A stretch of DNA of 64,000 bases from Candidatus Latescibacterota bacterium (GCA_963707635.1 OY970173.1:960001-1024000), one strand, 5' to 3'. Positions 30,626-40,819 are shown, counted from the stretch's first letter. The notes: generated by a model not told the origin, from the letters alone. Translations and numbers: made by a program.

Positions 30626-31732
30626 ATGTCTTCCAAACCCCGCATCCTCCTGGTCGCCGGCGCGAGGCCCAACTTCATGAAGGTGGCGCCGGTGTGGCGC
30701 GCGCTCGACGCGATGCGGCGCTTCGAGCTGACGCTCGTCCACACCGGGCAACACTACGACGACAACATGTCGAAGGTCTTCTTCGACGACCTCCGTCTCC
30801 CCCGGCCCACCGCTCACCTCGGCGTGGGTTCCGGGAGTCACGCCGAGCAGACCGCGCGCGTGATGCTGGCGTTCGAACCCGCGCTCGTCGCGGCCGGCCC
30901 GAACCTGGTGATCGTCGTCGGCGACGTGAACTCCACGCTGGCGTGTACGCTGGTGGCGGTGAAGCGCGACGTGCCGGTGGCGCACGTCGAAGCCGGGCTG
31001 CGCAGCTTCGACCGCACCATGCCCGAAGAGATCAACCGCATGGTGACGGACATTCTCGCCGAGCTGCTCTTCACCACCTCGCCCGAGGCGCGCGACAATC
31101 TGATGCGCGAGGGAGTGGACGAGGCCAAGATCCATTTCGTCGGGAACGTCATGATCGACAGTCTGAATTTTTACCGGCCGGAGGCCGAGAAGTCGGGGGT
31201 GCTGCAGACGCTCGGCCTGACGAAAAAGGGCTACGGGCTGGTGACCCTGCACCGGCCCTCGAACGTGGACGACGCGGCGGTCTTGGTTCCCCTGCTGGAC
31301 GCCCTGACCGCCATCGCGCAGGACTGCCCGCTCGTCTTTCCCGTGCATCCGCGTACCCGCCAGGCGATTGCACGCGCCGGATTCCAGGAGCCATCGGGCC
31401 GGTTGCGCCTGCTCGACGCGATCGGATATCTGGACTTCATGAAGCTCATGACCTATAGTTCTATAGTCCTCACCGATTCCGGAGGTATCCAGGAAGAAAC
31501 CACTGCTCTCGGGATCCCCTGTCTGACGATCCGCGACAACACAGAGCGTCCCATCACGGTCACGATGGGCACCAACCGTCTGGTCGGGACCGACCCGGTG
31601 CGAATCGTCGCCGAAGCCAAGGATGTGCTTCGGCGCGGTGTCCACGGGGCCCGGGTTCCGGACCTGTGGGACGGTAAAGCGGCGGATCGGATCGCGCAGG
31701 CGGTAACTCGATTTTTACATGAGCAGTCGTAG
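30626..31732 (+). CDS. wecB: UDP-N-acetylglucosamine 2-epimerase (non-hydrolysing)
   Basis: GARPNFMK, HTGQHYD, HVEAGLRS, TDSGGIQEE, TERP. Confidence 0.95.
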   Translation: MSSKPRILLVAGARPNFMKVAPVWRALDAMRRFELTLVHTGQHYDDNMSKVFFDDLRLPRPTAHLGVGSGSHAEQTARVMLAFEPALVAAGPNLVIVVGDVNSTLACTLVAVKRDVPVAHVEAGLRSFDRTMPEEINRMVTDILAELLFTTSPEARDNLMREGVDEAKIHFVGNVMIDSLNFYRPEAEKSGVLQTLGLTKKGYGLVTLHRPSNVDDAAVLVPLLDALTAIAQDCPLVFPVHPRTRQAIARAGFQEPSGRLRLLDAIGYLDFMKLMTYSSIVLTDSGGIQEETTALGIPCLTIRDNTERPITVTMGTNRLVGTDPVRIVAEAKDVLRRGVHGARVPDLWDGKAADRIAQAVTRFLHEQS

Positions 31733-33233
31733 GTCCTGGTCGTTCCGCCATTCTCCGGTCGGGGAGAGCTTCGCCTGGAGCCTCGGCCTCTCCTTCCTCC
31801 CGGTCATCGCCGCGTTCGCCGGCTCGTGGATCATCGCGCGTTTTTCCGGCCCCACCGTGTGGGGATCGGTGTCGTGGGCGATGGCGCTGGCGACCCAGAT
31901 CCTCATCGTCGCCAAGATGGGCCTGGACCTGGGTGCGTCGCGACTGGCGAGCGAGTACGGAGTCAGCCGGCCCGGTATCCTGCGCGAGCTGCTCGCCGTT
32001 TCCTCCAACCTGCGCCTCGCGTTTACCCTCCCGACCGCGCTGGTGACCTACCTGTTCGCGCCCCAGATCGCGCACGCGTTTCACAACGACGTGCTGCTGT
32101 GGCCGGTGCGGCTTTCGGCCGGGCTCGTGTTCTGCGCCAGCGTCTACGAATTCCAGGAGCAGTTTCTGATCGGGCTCAACCGCCACGCGGTGGTTTCGCG
32201 CGTACGTTCGGCCATGCTCACGCTGCGCATCGTGGCGACGGTGGCCGTGGTCGCGGCCGGCATGGGGACGATCGGGATTCTGTGCGGCTACATCGGCGCG
32301 TGGATCGTCGGCATGATCGTCTTCTCGATTCTGCTGCGGCGCTACCTGCCGGACGCCACGCCGGACCGGGTGGAGCGCACGTCGATCCGGCGCCGGCTGC
32401 TCGCGATGAGCATCCCGCTGGCCGTGAGCAGCGCGTCGGTGACGATCTACTCCCAGGTGGACAAGCTGGTCCTGGGGTACTTCGATCCCATCGAAGAAGT
32501 GGGGCAGTACTCGATCGCGCGCGCGGTGATGGAGGTGGCGCTGTTTCCCGCGTTCGCGCTCGTGACCACGCTGCGCCCGGCGCTCGCGGCGCGCTTCTCG
32601 CAGGGCGATCTGGCCGATTGCGCGCGGCTGATCCGGCGTTCATTGCGCTTCTCGCTGGTGGCGGGCGTGCTGTTCGGATCGATTTTCGTGGCGATGTCGG
32701 TGCCGCTGGTGTCGCTCGTGTACTCGAGCCAGTATCACTACGCGGGCGAACTGCTGGTGTGGTTCTCGTGGATCGTCGTGATTCGAAGCCTGGGCGCGCT
32801 GGTCCTGCCCGCGCTGCTCGCAGCCGACCGCATCCGGACCTACGCGTGGCTCACGGCCGGCGCCGCGGTGCTCAATTTCGTGCTCAACGTGGTGCTGATC
32901 CCGACCATGCATTCGCGCGGGGCGATCGTCGCCACCATCGTCTCCTACGGGCTCCTGCTGGCCTTCGGGCTGCGGGAGGTCTTCGCTATCTTCGGGGTTC
33001 GCCTGCGGTTGCGGGCGCTGGCGTCCGCCTTTCGCACGCTTCTTGCAGGCGCGGTGGTGGCGGCAGCCCTCTGGGCAATAATCAGGCAACTTCATGTCGA
33101 ACCGGGAGTTTGGATCATTGCACTCGCGCTGCTCCACGTCGTTCTTTACGGGTTGCTCGTCGTGGTGCTACGAGTCATCCGGCCGGCCGAAATTCGTCCT
33201 TTTGTGAGCAACTTGTTGAAAATGAAAGGATAG
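31719..33233 (+). CDS. Oligosaccharide flippase (Wzx/MOP family)
   Basis: About 12-14 TM helices; IYSQVDKLVLGYF..EVGQY; LNVVLIP..GA. Confidence 0.85.
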   Translation: MSSRRSWSFRHSPVGESFAWSLGLSFLPVIAAFAGSWIIARFSGPTVWGSVSWAMALATQILIVAKMGLDLGASRLASEYGVSRPGILRELLAVSSNLRLAFTLPTALVTYLFAPQIAHAFHNDVLLWPVRLSAGLVFCASVYEFQEQFLIGLNRHAVVSRVRSAMLTLRIVATVAVVAAGMGTIGILCGYIGAWIVGMIVFSILLRRYLPDATPDRVERTSIRRRLLAMSIPLAVSSASVTIYSQVDKLVLGYFDPIEEVGQYSIARAVMEVALFPAFALVTTLRPALAARFSQGDLADCARLIRRSLRFSLVAGVLFGSIFVAMSVPLVSLVYSSQYHYAGELLVWFSWIVVIRSLGALVLPALLAADRIRTYAWLTAGAAVLNFVLNVVLIPTMHSRGAIVATIVSYGLLLAFGLREVFAIFGVRLRLRALASAFRTLLAGAVVAAALWAIIRQLHVEPGVWIIALALLHVVLYGLLVVVLRVIRPAEIRPFVSNLLKMKG

Positions 33234-33266
33234 CCGGTCTACAGTATCGGCGCAGGAGGCAGTCTG

Positions 33267-34394
33267 GTGACAGCATTACCGACGTGGATGGCTGACGTGG
33301 TGGTTTTTGCGATCGCGCTCGCCGTGAGCGTCGCCGCCACGCCTCTCGTGCGCGGGCTCGCGGTCCGCTGGCGTCTCGGCGACAAGCCCAACGGGCGCAA
33401 AGTGCACGCGGAGCACATTCCGCACCTCGGCGGGGTCGCGTTGTTTCTCGCCGTGGCCGTCGCCGTTCTCGCCGCGGGAGTCCTCTTGCGGCGCGGGGCC
33501 GGCGACTGGTCGCTTCTGGCCAAGGCCGTCCCCGTCGTCATGACCATCGTGTTGCTCGGGCTGGTGGACGACATGCGCAGCCTGCGCGCGCGCCAGAAGC
33601 TCGTCGTCCAGACCGTCGCGGCCGCTGTGCTGGTCGCGGTGGGCTTCCGCTTCTTCACCGGCGTGTGGCTGCTCGACGTGTCGTCGATCCTGCTGGTGGT
33701 GCTTTCGATGGTGTTCATCGTGGGCATGTTGAGCTCGGTCAATCTGATCGACGGCCACGACGGACTGGCGGCCGGGGTGACGCTGATTTCGGCGGTGGCG
33801 TTTGCGGTGATCGGCGGCATGATCGGCGCGCCCGACGTGATGACGCTGTCGCTGGCCGTTTGCGGCGCCTGCCTGGGCTTCCTCTTCTTCAACTTCCCGC
33901 CCGGCCGCATCTACATGGGAGACACCGGCAGCATGATGCTCGGGCTCCTGCTCGCGCTGATGGCGTGCATGGTGTCGATGCGCTCCCACTCCGCGAACAC
34001 GTTCGCGGCGGTCTGTCTCGTGCTCGGCCTCCCGATCCTCGATACTCTGCTGGCGATCGCGCGCCGCCTCGTGCTGCGCTCGCCCGTGTTCGCGGCCGAC
34101 ACGCTGCACATGCACCACGTGCTGCGCGCGTCCGGATTGTCGCCGCGGCGCACGCTGGTCGTGCTCTACGGCATGCAGGCGCTCTTCTGCCTGCTCGGCG
34201 TCGCCGCTGCCGCCAACTGGGTCGCACCCGTGATCGTGGGTCTCGGTTTCCTGACGGTCGCATTCGTCGCGTTCCTGCGCGCGATGGTCGAAGTCCCGGC
34301 CGAGCGCGCGACCGCTGCGTCCCCGAGCGCGATCCCGTTCCAGTCGGGCTTCCCGACCGCCCTGCAGGAGCGCCACACCTCCGTCGGCCGGTAA
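33267..34394 (+). CDS. MraY/WecA/TagO-family undecaprenyl-phosphate sugar-phosphotransferase
   Basis: RKVH..IPHLGG, GLVDD, NLIDGHDGLA, FNFPPGRIYMGDTGS, HMHH. Confidence 0.92.
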   Translation: MTALPTWMADVVVFAIALAVSVAATPLVRGLAVRWRLGDKPNGRKVHAEHIPHLGGVALFLAVAVAVLAAGVLLRRGAGDWSLLAKAVPVVMTIVLLGLVDDMRSLRARQKLVVQTVAAAVLVAVGFRFFTGVWLLDVSSILLVVLSMVFIVGMLSSVNLIDGHDGLAAGVTLISAVAFAVIGGMIGAPDVMTLSLAVCGACLGFLFFNFPPGRIYMGDTGSMMLGLLLALMACMVSMRSHSANTFAAVCLVLGLPILDTLLAIARRLVLRSPVFAADTLHMHHVLRASGLSPRRTLVVLYGMQALFCLLGVAAAANWVAPVIVGLGFLTVAFVAFLRAMVEVPAERATAASPSAIPFQSGFPTALQERHTSVGR

Positions 34395-34399
34395 CTCCG

Positions 34400-34429
34400 T
34401 TGACGCTCCCGCGAGCGCTGTGATATCGT
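34400..34429 (+). promoter_or_regulatory. Putative sigma70 promoter upstream of the hemC-like gene and serS
   Basis: TTGACG-18 nt-TATCGT with an extended -10 TG. Confidence 0.5.
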
Positions 34430-34487
34430 TTCCGGCACTCGAGCGGAATACGACCGCAGTGCACCTTCCTGGACGGACGGAATCAGC

Positions 34488-35411
34488 GTGACGACGAAAA
34501 CGACGTGTCGAATTGCCAGCGACGTCGATCTTCTCTCCCGTGTCCAACTCGATGAAGTGTTGCGCCTGCTCGACGTGTACAGCGCGAAGCACGCGATCGA
34601 CCTCGTGACCCAGGACGAACCGGACGAGCTCAAGCATTCCAAGTCGATCTTCAGTTCCCCCGAACGCATCGCCGTGCTCATGAGCCGCCTGCTCGACGGC
34701 GAGTGCGACGTGCTCGTCCTCGACGCCGTCTGCCTGCCGACGCGCATGCCCATCGGGCTCACGATCGGGGCCCTCACCCGGCGCATCACGCCGTACGACG
34801 CGCTCATCTCCAACGACGACTGCATCCTGGACGAGCTGCGCGAGGGCGCCGCATTGATCACCAGCACGCTCCGGCGCGAGGCCCAGTTGCGCTACTACCG
34901 GCCCGACCTGAAGATCGTGCGCTCGCAGGGGAGCTTCGACGCGGTGCTCCAGAAGGTGAAGAGCGGGAAGGTGGAGGCCGCCGTGGTCGCGGCCGCTGAC
35001 GTCGAACGGCTCAACAAGCAGGAGTCCGTCACCGAGCTGCTCACCAATTCCGTGTGCATTCCCGCCGCCGGGCAGGGGGCACTCGCCGTCATGATTCGCT
35101 CCGCCGAGGAGCAGTTCCGCGACACCGTGCAGTCGATAAACGACCCCGCGACCCACAGCATGCTGCGCGCCGAGTGGGCGTTCCTCGAGGAGCTCGACGT
35201 CGACGCGGCCGCGCCGGTCGCCGTGCTCGCGGGCATCGAGGGCAAGGCGCTCGAACTGGAGGGCATGGTGTGCTTCCCCGACGGCAGCGAGCGGATCCAG
35301 TGCATGGTGAAGGGGTCCATCGGCGACGAAGAGGACGTCGGACGCACCCTGGCCACCGAAATCCTCGAATCCGGCGGGCGCGAGGTGATCGCGGAGTTCC
35401 GCCTCTCGTGA
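34488..35411 (+). CDS. Hydroxymethylbilane synthase (HemC)-like protein, catalytically degenerate
   Basis: Retains LLDGECD, TSTLRREAQL, PAAGQGALAV and AEWAFLEEL; lacks the GGC cofactor Cys and the VHSxKD motif. Confidence 0.8.
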   Translation: MTTKTTCRIASDVDLLSRVQLDEVLRLLDVYSAKHAIDLVTQDEPDELKHSKSIFSSPERIAVLMSRLLDGECDVLVLDAVCLPTRMPIGLTIGALTRRITPYDALISNDDCILDELREGAALITSTLRREAQLRYYRPDLKIVRSQGSFDAVLQKVKSGKVEAAVVAAADVERLNKQESVTELLTNSVCIPAAGQGALAVMIRSAEEQFRDTVQSINDPATHSMLRAEWAFLEELDVDAAAPVAVLAGIEGKALELEGMVCFPDGSERIQCMVKGSIGDEEDVGRTLATEILESGGREVIAEFRLS

Positions 35412-35415
35412 CCGT

Positions 35416-36684
35416 GTGATCGATCGCCGCCTCATCCGCGAAGAATCCGACCGGCTCCGACTCGGCCTTCGGCGCAAGCATTCCACCATCGACCTCGACC
35501 GCCTCGTCGCGCTCGACCGCGAACACCTCGCCAACCTGCAGGACGCCGAAAAACTCAAGCACGAGCGCAACGTCGCCTCCGACGAGATCGGCCGGCGCAA
35601 GAAGGCCGGCGAGGACGCCGCCGCCCTGCACGCGGCCATGAAGGAAACCGCCGCGCGCATCAAGGCGCTCGAAGTGCGCAACAAGGAAATCGAAGAGACG
35701 CTCGATTCACTCCTGCTCACCGTCCCCAATCTCCCGCACGACAGCGTCCCCGACGGCGCGGACAGCACGGCCAACGTGGTCGTGCGCACCAAGGGAACCG
35801 CGGCGAAGCCCTTCGCCGACGTGCTCCCGCACTGGGAGATCGGCGAGAAGCTGGGGATCCTCGACCTCGAAGCCGGGCGCATCGTCTCCGGCCGGGGCTT
35901 CGTCGTCTTCCGCGGCGACGGCGCGCGCCTGTGCCGCGCGCTGGTGAACCTGATGCTCGACATGCACATCGAGCAGGGGTACCAGGAGGTGCTGGTCCCG
36001 TACCTCGTGCACCGGGCGTCGATGACCGGCACCGGTCAGCTTCCCAAGCTGGAAGAAGACATGTACCGCTGCGACACCGACGACCTGTTTTTGATTCCGA
36101 CCGCCGAAGTCCCGGTCACCAATCTGCACCGGGATTCCACCCTCGAGCGCGACCGGCTGCCCATCAAGTACACCGCGTTCAGCCCGTGCTTCCGGCGCGA
36201 GGCGGGGAGCCACGGGGCCGACACGCGCGGGCTCCTGCGCGTTCATCAGTTCGACAAGGTCGAGATGGTGAAGTTCGTCCACCCCGACGGGTCGTACGAC
36301 GAGCTGGAGAGTCTCGTGACCGACGCGTGCGCGGTGCTCGAAGCACTCGAGCTTCCGTACCGGGTGGTGGCGCTGTGTGCGGGGGACTTGAGTTTCGCGG
36401 CGGCGAAGTGCTACGACCTGGAGGCGTTCGCGCCCGGCGTCGACAAATGGCTCGAGGTGTCGTCGTGCAGCAACTTCGAGGACTTCCAGGCACGCCGCGC
36501 CGGGATTCGCATGAAGAAAGCCGATGGTGACCGCCACCGCTTCGTGCACACCTTGAACGGGTCGGGGCTCGCCCTTCCGCGCGTGGTGGCGTCGATCCTC
36601 GAGGTGCACCAGACCCCGACCGGCCGGGTGAAAATACCGCGGCGCCTCTCCGCGTACATGCAGGGCAAGGAGTACCTCGGCTGA
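35416..36684 (+). CDS. serS: Serine--tRNA ligase
   Basis: GTGQLPK, LIPTAEVP, FRREAGSHG, RVHQFDKVE, EVSSCSN, HTLNGSGLA. Confidence 0.98.
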   Translation: MIDRRLIREESDRLRLGLRRKHSTIDLDRLVALDREHLANLQDAEKLKHERNVASDEIGRRKKAGEDAAALHAAMKETAARIKALEVRNKEIEETLDSLLLTVPNLPHDSVPDGADSTANVVVRTKGTAAKPFADVLPHWEIGEKLGILDLEAGRIVSGRGFVVFRGDGARLCRALVNLMLDMHIEQGYQEVLVPYLVHRASMTGTGQLPKLEEDMYRCDTDDLFLIPTAEVPVTNLHRDSTLERDRLPIKYTAFSPCFRREAGSHGADTRGLLRVHQFDKVEMVKFVHPDGSYDELESLVTDACAVLEALELPYRVVALCAGDLSFAAAKCYDLEAFAPGVDKWLEVSSCSNFEDFQARRAGIRMKKADGDRHRFVHTLNGSGLALPRVVASILEVHQTPTGRVKIPRRLSAYMQGKEYLG

Positions 36685-36701
36685 CGGGTAGCCGGATTTC
36701 C

Positions 36702-37952
36702 ATGGCGCTCGCGCCCAGCGGCAACATTCGATTCTGGCTGAAGGGGTACCTCTTCCTCGGCGTGGCCGTGCTTACCCTGGCCATGCTGGTCTACTCGAAC
36801 CACCTCATCTCGCGCATGCGGGCGAGCTCGGAGGCGACCAGCCGCCTCTTCTCGCGTTACTTCTCGAACGTCATCTTCGAGGTCGCAGACGACGGCAGCC
36901 TCGCCAACCTGCGCGCCGTCGTGCAGGAGACCGACCTGCCGATCATCATCACCGTGTTCGAGGGCAAGCCCATTCTCTGGCACGGCGTTCCCGTCGACGA
37001 GCGCACCGAAGAAGACTTCCAGATGCTGATCAACATGGACGTCAACAACCCGCCCACGCCCAAGCTCAAGAAGCTGGTCGAACTCTATCGCGAGTTCGAC
37101 CGCACCAACGCGCCCATCCCGATCCGCGCGGTCGGCGCCGACGACCCCACCGGGTGGGTGCACTACGGGCCGTCGCCGCTCCAGCGCGAGCTGCGCTACA
37201 TGCCGTTCGTCATGCTCGGGATCTTTCTCGTGTTCATGGCGGTCGCGATCCAGGGACTGCGCACCCTCAAGGTGGCCGAGCAGCGCTCGATCTGGGTGGG
37301 CATGGCAAAGGAAACCGCGCACCAGCTCGGGACGCCGCTCTCGGCGATGCTGGGCTGGGTGCAGATTCTCAAAGACCGCGCCGCTGCACGCGGCTACGAC
37401 GACATGCGGGCATCGATCGACGAGATGGAGATCGATCTCTCGAGGCTCAACAAGGTGACGGAACGCTTCAGCAAGATCGGCTCGACGCCGGAGCTCGCCG
37501 CGGTCGATTTGACGCCGGTTCTCGAGCGCACGGTGGCGTATTTCCACAAGCGGCTGCCGAGCCTCAAGGCGAACTCGTCGATCACGCTCCGGGGCGAGAA
37601 GATCCCGCCCGTCAACGGCAACGTGGAGCTGCTGGAGTGGGTGTTCGAGAACCTGATCAAGAACGCGCTCGACGCGCTGGGCGAGTCCGGCGGCGAGATC
37701 GAGATCACCACGCGCCACGCGGCCGAGCAGCGGGCGGTGGAGGTCACCGTGCGGGACACCGGGCGCGGCATTCCGGCGACGCTGCGCGACCAGATCTTCA
37801 ACCCCGGGTTCACCACCAAACGGCGCGGGTGGGGGCTGGGACTCGTGCTCGCGCGCCGGATCGTCGAGGAGTACCACGGCGGCGAGATTCGTCTCGTCGA
37901 GTCCCGCCCCGGCAAGGGCACGACCTTCCAGGTGCGCCTGCCCGCGGCTTGA
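36702..37952 (+). CDS. Membrane sensor histidine kinase
   Basis: Two TM helices; ETAHQLGTPLS H-box; ENLIKNALDA; DTGRGI; GWGLGL. Confidence 0.93.
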   Translation: MALAPSGNIRFWLKGYLFLGVAVLTLAMLVYSNHLISRMRASSEATSRLFSRYFSNVIFEVADDGSLANLRAVVQETDLPIIITVFEGKPILWHGVPVDERTEEDFQMLINMDVNNPPTPKLKKLVELYREFDRTNAPIPIRAVGADDPTGWVHYGPSPLQRELRYMPFVMLGIFLVFMAVAIQGLRTLKVAEQRSIWVGMAKETAHQLGTPLSAMLGWVQILKDRAAARGYDDMRASIDEMEIDLSRLNKVTERFSKIGSTPELAAVDLTPVLERTVAYFHKRLPSLKANSSITLRGEKIPPVNGNVELLEWVFENLIKNALDALGESGGEIEITTRHAAEQRAVEVTVRDTGRGIPATLRDQIFNPGFTTKRRGWGLGLVLARRIVEEYHGGEIRLVESRPGKGTTFQVRLPAA

Positions 37953-38056
37953 TCGGCCTCGTCCGGACGCGTATACTTCAGAGGCATCCGGCATTCCGCC
38001 GCGCGCCGCGCCCGTGTCCGCGACCCGACAGCCACGCTGCTCTATTACAAAGAAAA

Positions 38057-39601
38057 ATGACCAAACGCATTCTCTGGGTCGACGATGAGATCGAGCTGCT
38101 CAAGTCGCACGTCATGTTCCTGCGTGGCAAGGGCTACGACGTCCAGACCGCCACCAACGGGGCGGACGCGTTGAGCCTTGTCCGCGAGGGCAAGTTCGAC
38201 ATCATGCTGCTCGACGAGTCGATGCCCGGGCGCAGCGGGCTCGACGCGCTGGTGGAGATCAAGGAAGCGGACACCGGGCTGCCGGTGGTGATGATCACCA
38301 AGAACGAGGAAGAGCGGCTGATGGACAACGCCATCGGCATGAAGATCGACGACTATCTGCTCAAGCCGGTGAGCCCGCTGCAGATCTATTCGGCCTGCAA
38401 GCGCATCCTCGACGCTCCCAAGATCCAGGAGGACCGCCTCTCGCCCGACTACGTGCGCCAGTTCGGCGAGATCAACGCGCTGGTGCAGGAGAGCACGTGG
38501 GACGCGTGGCTGCGCGTCCACCGCAAGCTGTGCCAGTGGGACCGCGAGTTCGACCAGTTCCGCCGCACGGGCTTGAATGCCACCCACGAGGACCAACGGC
38601 TGAATTGCGCGCACCACTTCGGGCAGTTCGTGGAGGCCAACTACCGCGACTGGGTCGCGTCGGCCGACCGCCCGACCATGAGCGTCGACATCTTTCCGAA
38701 GTTCATCGCCCCGCACCTCAAGGCGGGGGAGAAGATCTTCTTCATCCTGGTCGACTGCGTGCGGCTCGACCAGTGGATGGTGATCGAGGAGTTCCTGGGC
38801 GAGTACTTCGACGTGCAGTGGGACTTCTACTCGTCGATTCTGCCCACCGCCACGCCGTACTCGCGCAACGCCATTTTCAGCGGCTTGTTTCCGGACGAGA
38901 TCGCCCGCCGCTATCCCGACAAGTGGCTGGAGCGAAGCAACGAGGAGACCAGCAAGAACAAGTACGAATCCTTTTTCCTGGCCGAGCAGATGAAGCGCGC
39001 CAGGCTCGACGAGAGCAAGCTGCGCTACGTGAAGATTTATACGGCGGCCGAGGCGAACGAAACCAAGAAGCGGGTGGCGGGGTTTATGAACACGCCGTTC
39101 GTGGCGCTGGTGTTCAATTTCGTCGATATCCTCACCCACGGCCGGAACCAGTCGGAGATCCTCCAGCAGCTGCTCCCGGACGAAGCGGCGTTTCGCTCGC
39201 TCATGCGCTCCTGGTTCTCGCACTCGGTGCTGCGCGACATCCTGATCGACCTCGCGCGCGCGAAGATCAAGGTGGTGCTCACCACCGACCACGGCTCGAT
39301 TCTCGGCCGCAAGTCGAGCCTGGTCTACGGCCGGCGTGACACCTCGACCAACCTGCGCTACAAGTTCGGTGACAACTTGAAAACCGACGAGCGCCAGGCG
39401 ATCATCACGCGCCAGCCGGGCGAGTTTCGCCTGCCCTCGGAGTCGCGCACCAAGACCTACATCTTCGCGAAAGAGTATTTCTATTTCGTCTATCCGACCA
39501 ATTTCCGCGACTACGAGAAGGCCTACGACGGCAGCTTCCAGCACGGGGGCGTCTCGCTGGAGGAGATGGTCCTGCCCTGCCTGACCCTCACGCCCCGGTG
39601 A
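38057..39601 (+). CDS. porX: Response regulator with PglZ (alkaline-phosphatase-like) domain, PorX family
   Basis: ILWVDDEIELLKSH receiver domain; ILPTATPYSRNAIFSG, TTDHG, FQHGGVSLEEM; followed by tsaE as in Bacteroidota. Confidence 0.88.
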   Translation: MTKRILWVDDEIELLKSHVMFLRGKGYDVQTATNGADALSLVREGKFDIMLLDESMPGRSGLDALVEIKEADTGLPVVMITKNEEERLMDNAIGMKIDDYLLKPVSPLQIYSACKRILDAPKIQEDRLSPDYVRQFGEINALVQESTWDAWLRVHRKLCQWDREFDQFRRTGLNATHEDQRLNCAHHFGQFVEANYRDWVASADRPTMSVDIFPKFIAPHLKAGEKIFFILVDCVRLDQWMVIEEFLGEYFDVQWDFYSSILPTATPYSRNAIFSGLFPDEIARRYPDKWLERSNEETSKNKYESFFLAEQMKRARLDESKLRYVKIYTAAEANETKKRVAGFMNTPFVALVFNFVDILTHGRNQSEILQQLLPDEAAFRSLMRSWFSHSVLRDILIDLARAKIKVVLTTDHGSILGRKSSLVYGRRDTSTNLRYKFGDNLKTDERQAIITRQPGEFRLPSESRTKTYIFAKEYFYFVYPTNFRDYEKAYDGSFQHGGVSLEEMVLPCLTLTPR

Positions 39602-39614
39602 CGGGGCGTCGGCC

Positions 39615-40082
39615 ATGCCGCGATCGGTTGCATGCACGGTGCGCACCGCCTCGCGCGCGGAGACGGTGCAATTCGGCGCCGCGCTGGGAACCCGAATCCG
39701 CCACGGCGTGTGCGTGTGCCTCACCGGCCCGCTCGGTGCCGGCAAGACCGCGCTGGTCTCGGGGCTGTGCCGCGGCCTCGGCGTGACCGACCCGGTCGTC
39801 AGCCCCACCTTCATCCTGCTGGAGAGGTTCGCCGGCCGGCTGCCGGTGGTGCACGTCGACTTGTACCGCCTCGAACACGAGCGCGAGCTGGAAGAAATCG
39901 GTGTGTTCGACACCCTCGGCACCGGTTCGGTGGTGCTGGCGGAGTGGGGGGACCGGTCTCCCGGCCTGTTGCGCGGGGCCGACATCGTGATCGACATTCA
40001 GCCCGGTGATGGGGATGCGCGCACGCTGGTCGTGTCGGCGACGCCGAGCCTGGCCGCCGACCTGGCGGGGTGCCAATGGTAA
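39615..40082 (+). CDS. tsaE: tRNA threonylcarbamoyladenosine biosynthesis ATPase
   Basis: GPLGAGKT, SPTF, HVDLYRL, EW. Confidence 0.93.
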   Translation: MPRSVACTVRTASRAETVQFGAALGTRIRHGVCVCLTGPLGAGKTALVSGLCRGLGVTDPVVSPTFILLERFAGRLPVVHVDLYRLEHERELEEIGVFDTLGTGSVVLAEWGDRSPGLLRGADIVIDIQPGDGDARTLVVSATPSLAADLAGCQW

Positions 40083-40819
40083 CGCTCGCGATCGACACCT
40101 CGCACGCGGTCGGGAGCGCGGCGCTCGCGGTGGACGGCGCCGTATCGGGAGTCGGACGCTTCGAGGAGCCGTCGTCGCATCTGGTGGCACTGGGGCGTAC
40201 GGTCGAGGACCTGCTGTCGGCCGCCGGCCGCAGTGCCCGCGACGTCGATCGTATCGCGGTCGTGATCGGCCCGGGGAGCTTTACCGGGCTGCGCATCGGG
40301 CTCGCGTTCGCGAAGGGACTGCACGCGGCGATCGGCGTGGAGATGGTGGTGATGGACTCGCTGCGCCTGCTGGCGCTTCCGCACCTCGCCGACACGCCGA
40401 CCGTGTGTGCGATGATCGACGCCCGCCGGGGCGAAGTGTACGCGGCGGTCTACGCACCCGCGTCCGCCGCCGAAACCGACGCGGATGCCGGGGCCGCGCG
40501 CGAAGTCGGGACCCCGCGCGCGCAGGCGCCGGACGCGTTTCTGGATTCACTCGCCGCCGCGCCCGCGCTCTTCGTCGGCACTGGAACGCTCGCCCACGCC
40601 GACCGGATCCGGGCCCGATTCCCGGGCGCGCGCCTCGCCGGCGGCGCCGAGGCGTACCCCTCGACGGCGCACCTCGCCGCCATTGCCCACCGGATGCCCG
40701 CGCTCGACAAGGCGTCGATCCGGACGCTGGAACCCCTCTATCTGCGGCCCAGCGGCGCGGAGCGCATGCGCCTGCGCCCCCTGGGCCGCGCCGGCGACGA
40801 CCCGGCTACCGATTCATGA
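40076..40819 (+). CDS. tsaB: tRNA threonylcarbamoyladenosine biosynthesis protein
   Basis: LAIDTS, GPGSFTGLRIG, DARRGEVY, EPLYLR. Confidence 0.93.
   Translation: MVTLAIDTSHAVGSAALAVDGAVSGVGRFEEPSSHLVALGRTVEDLLSAAGRSARDVDRIAVVIGPGSFTGLRIGLAFAKGLHAAIGVEMVVMDSLRLLALPHLADTPTVCAMIDARRGEVYAAVYAPASAAETDADAGAAREVGTPRAQAPDAFLDSLAAAPALFVGTGTLAHADRIRARFPGARLAGGAEAYPSTAHLAAIAHRMPALDKASIRTLEPLYLRPSGAERMRLRPLGRAGDDPATDS

Noticed and set aside
35416..36684. serS as part of a selenocysteine locus with the 49646 gene
   Set aside because: It is 13 kb away in a housekeeping operon, and no selA/B/C/D was recognised in the window.
38057..39601. PglZ domain as a BREX defence system
   Set aside because: It is fused to a receiver domain in porX-tsaE context, and no other brx genes are present.
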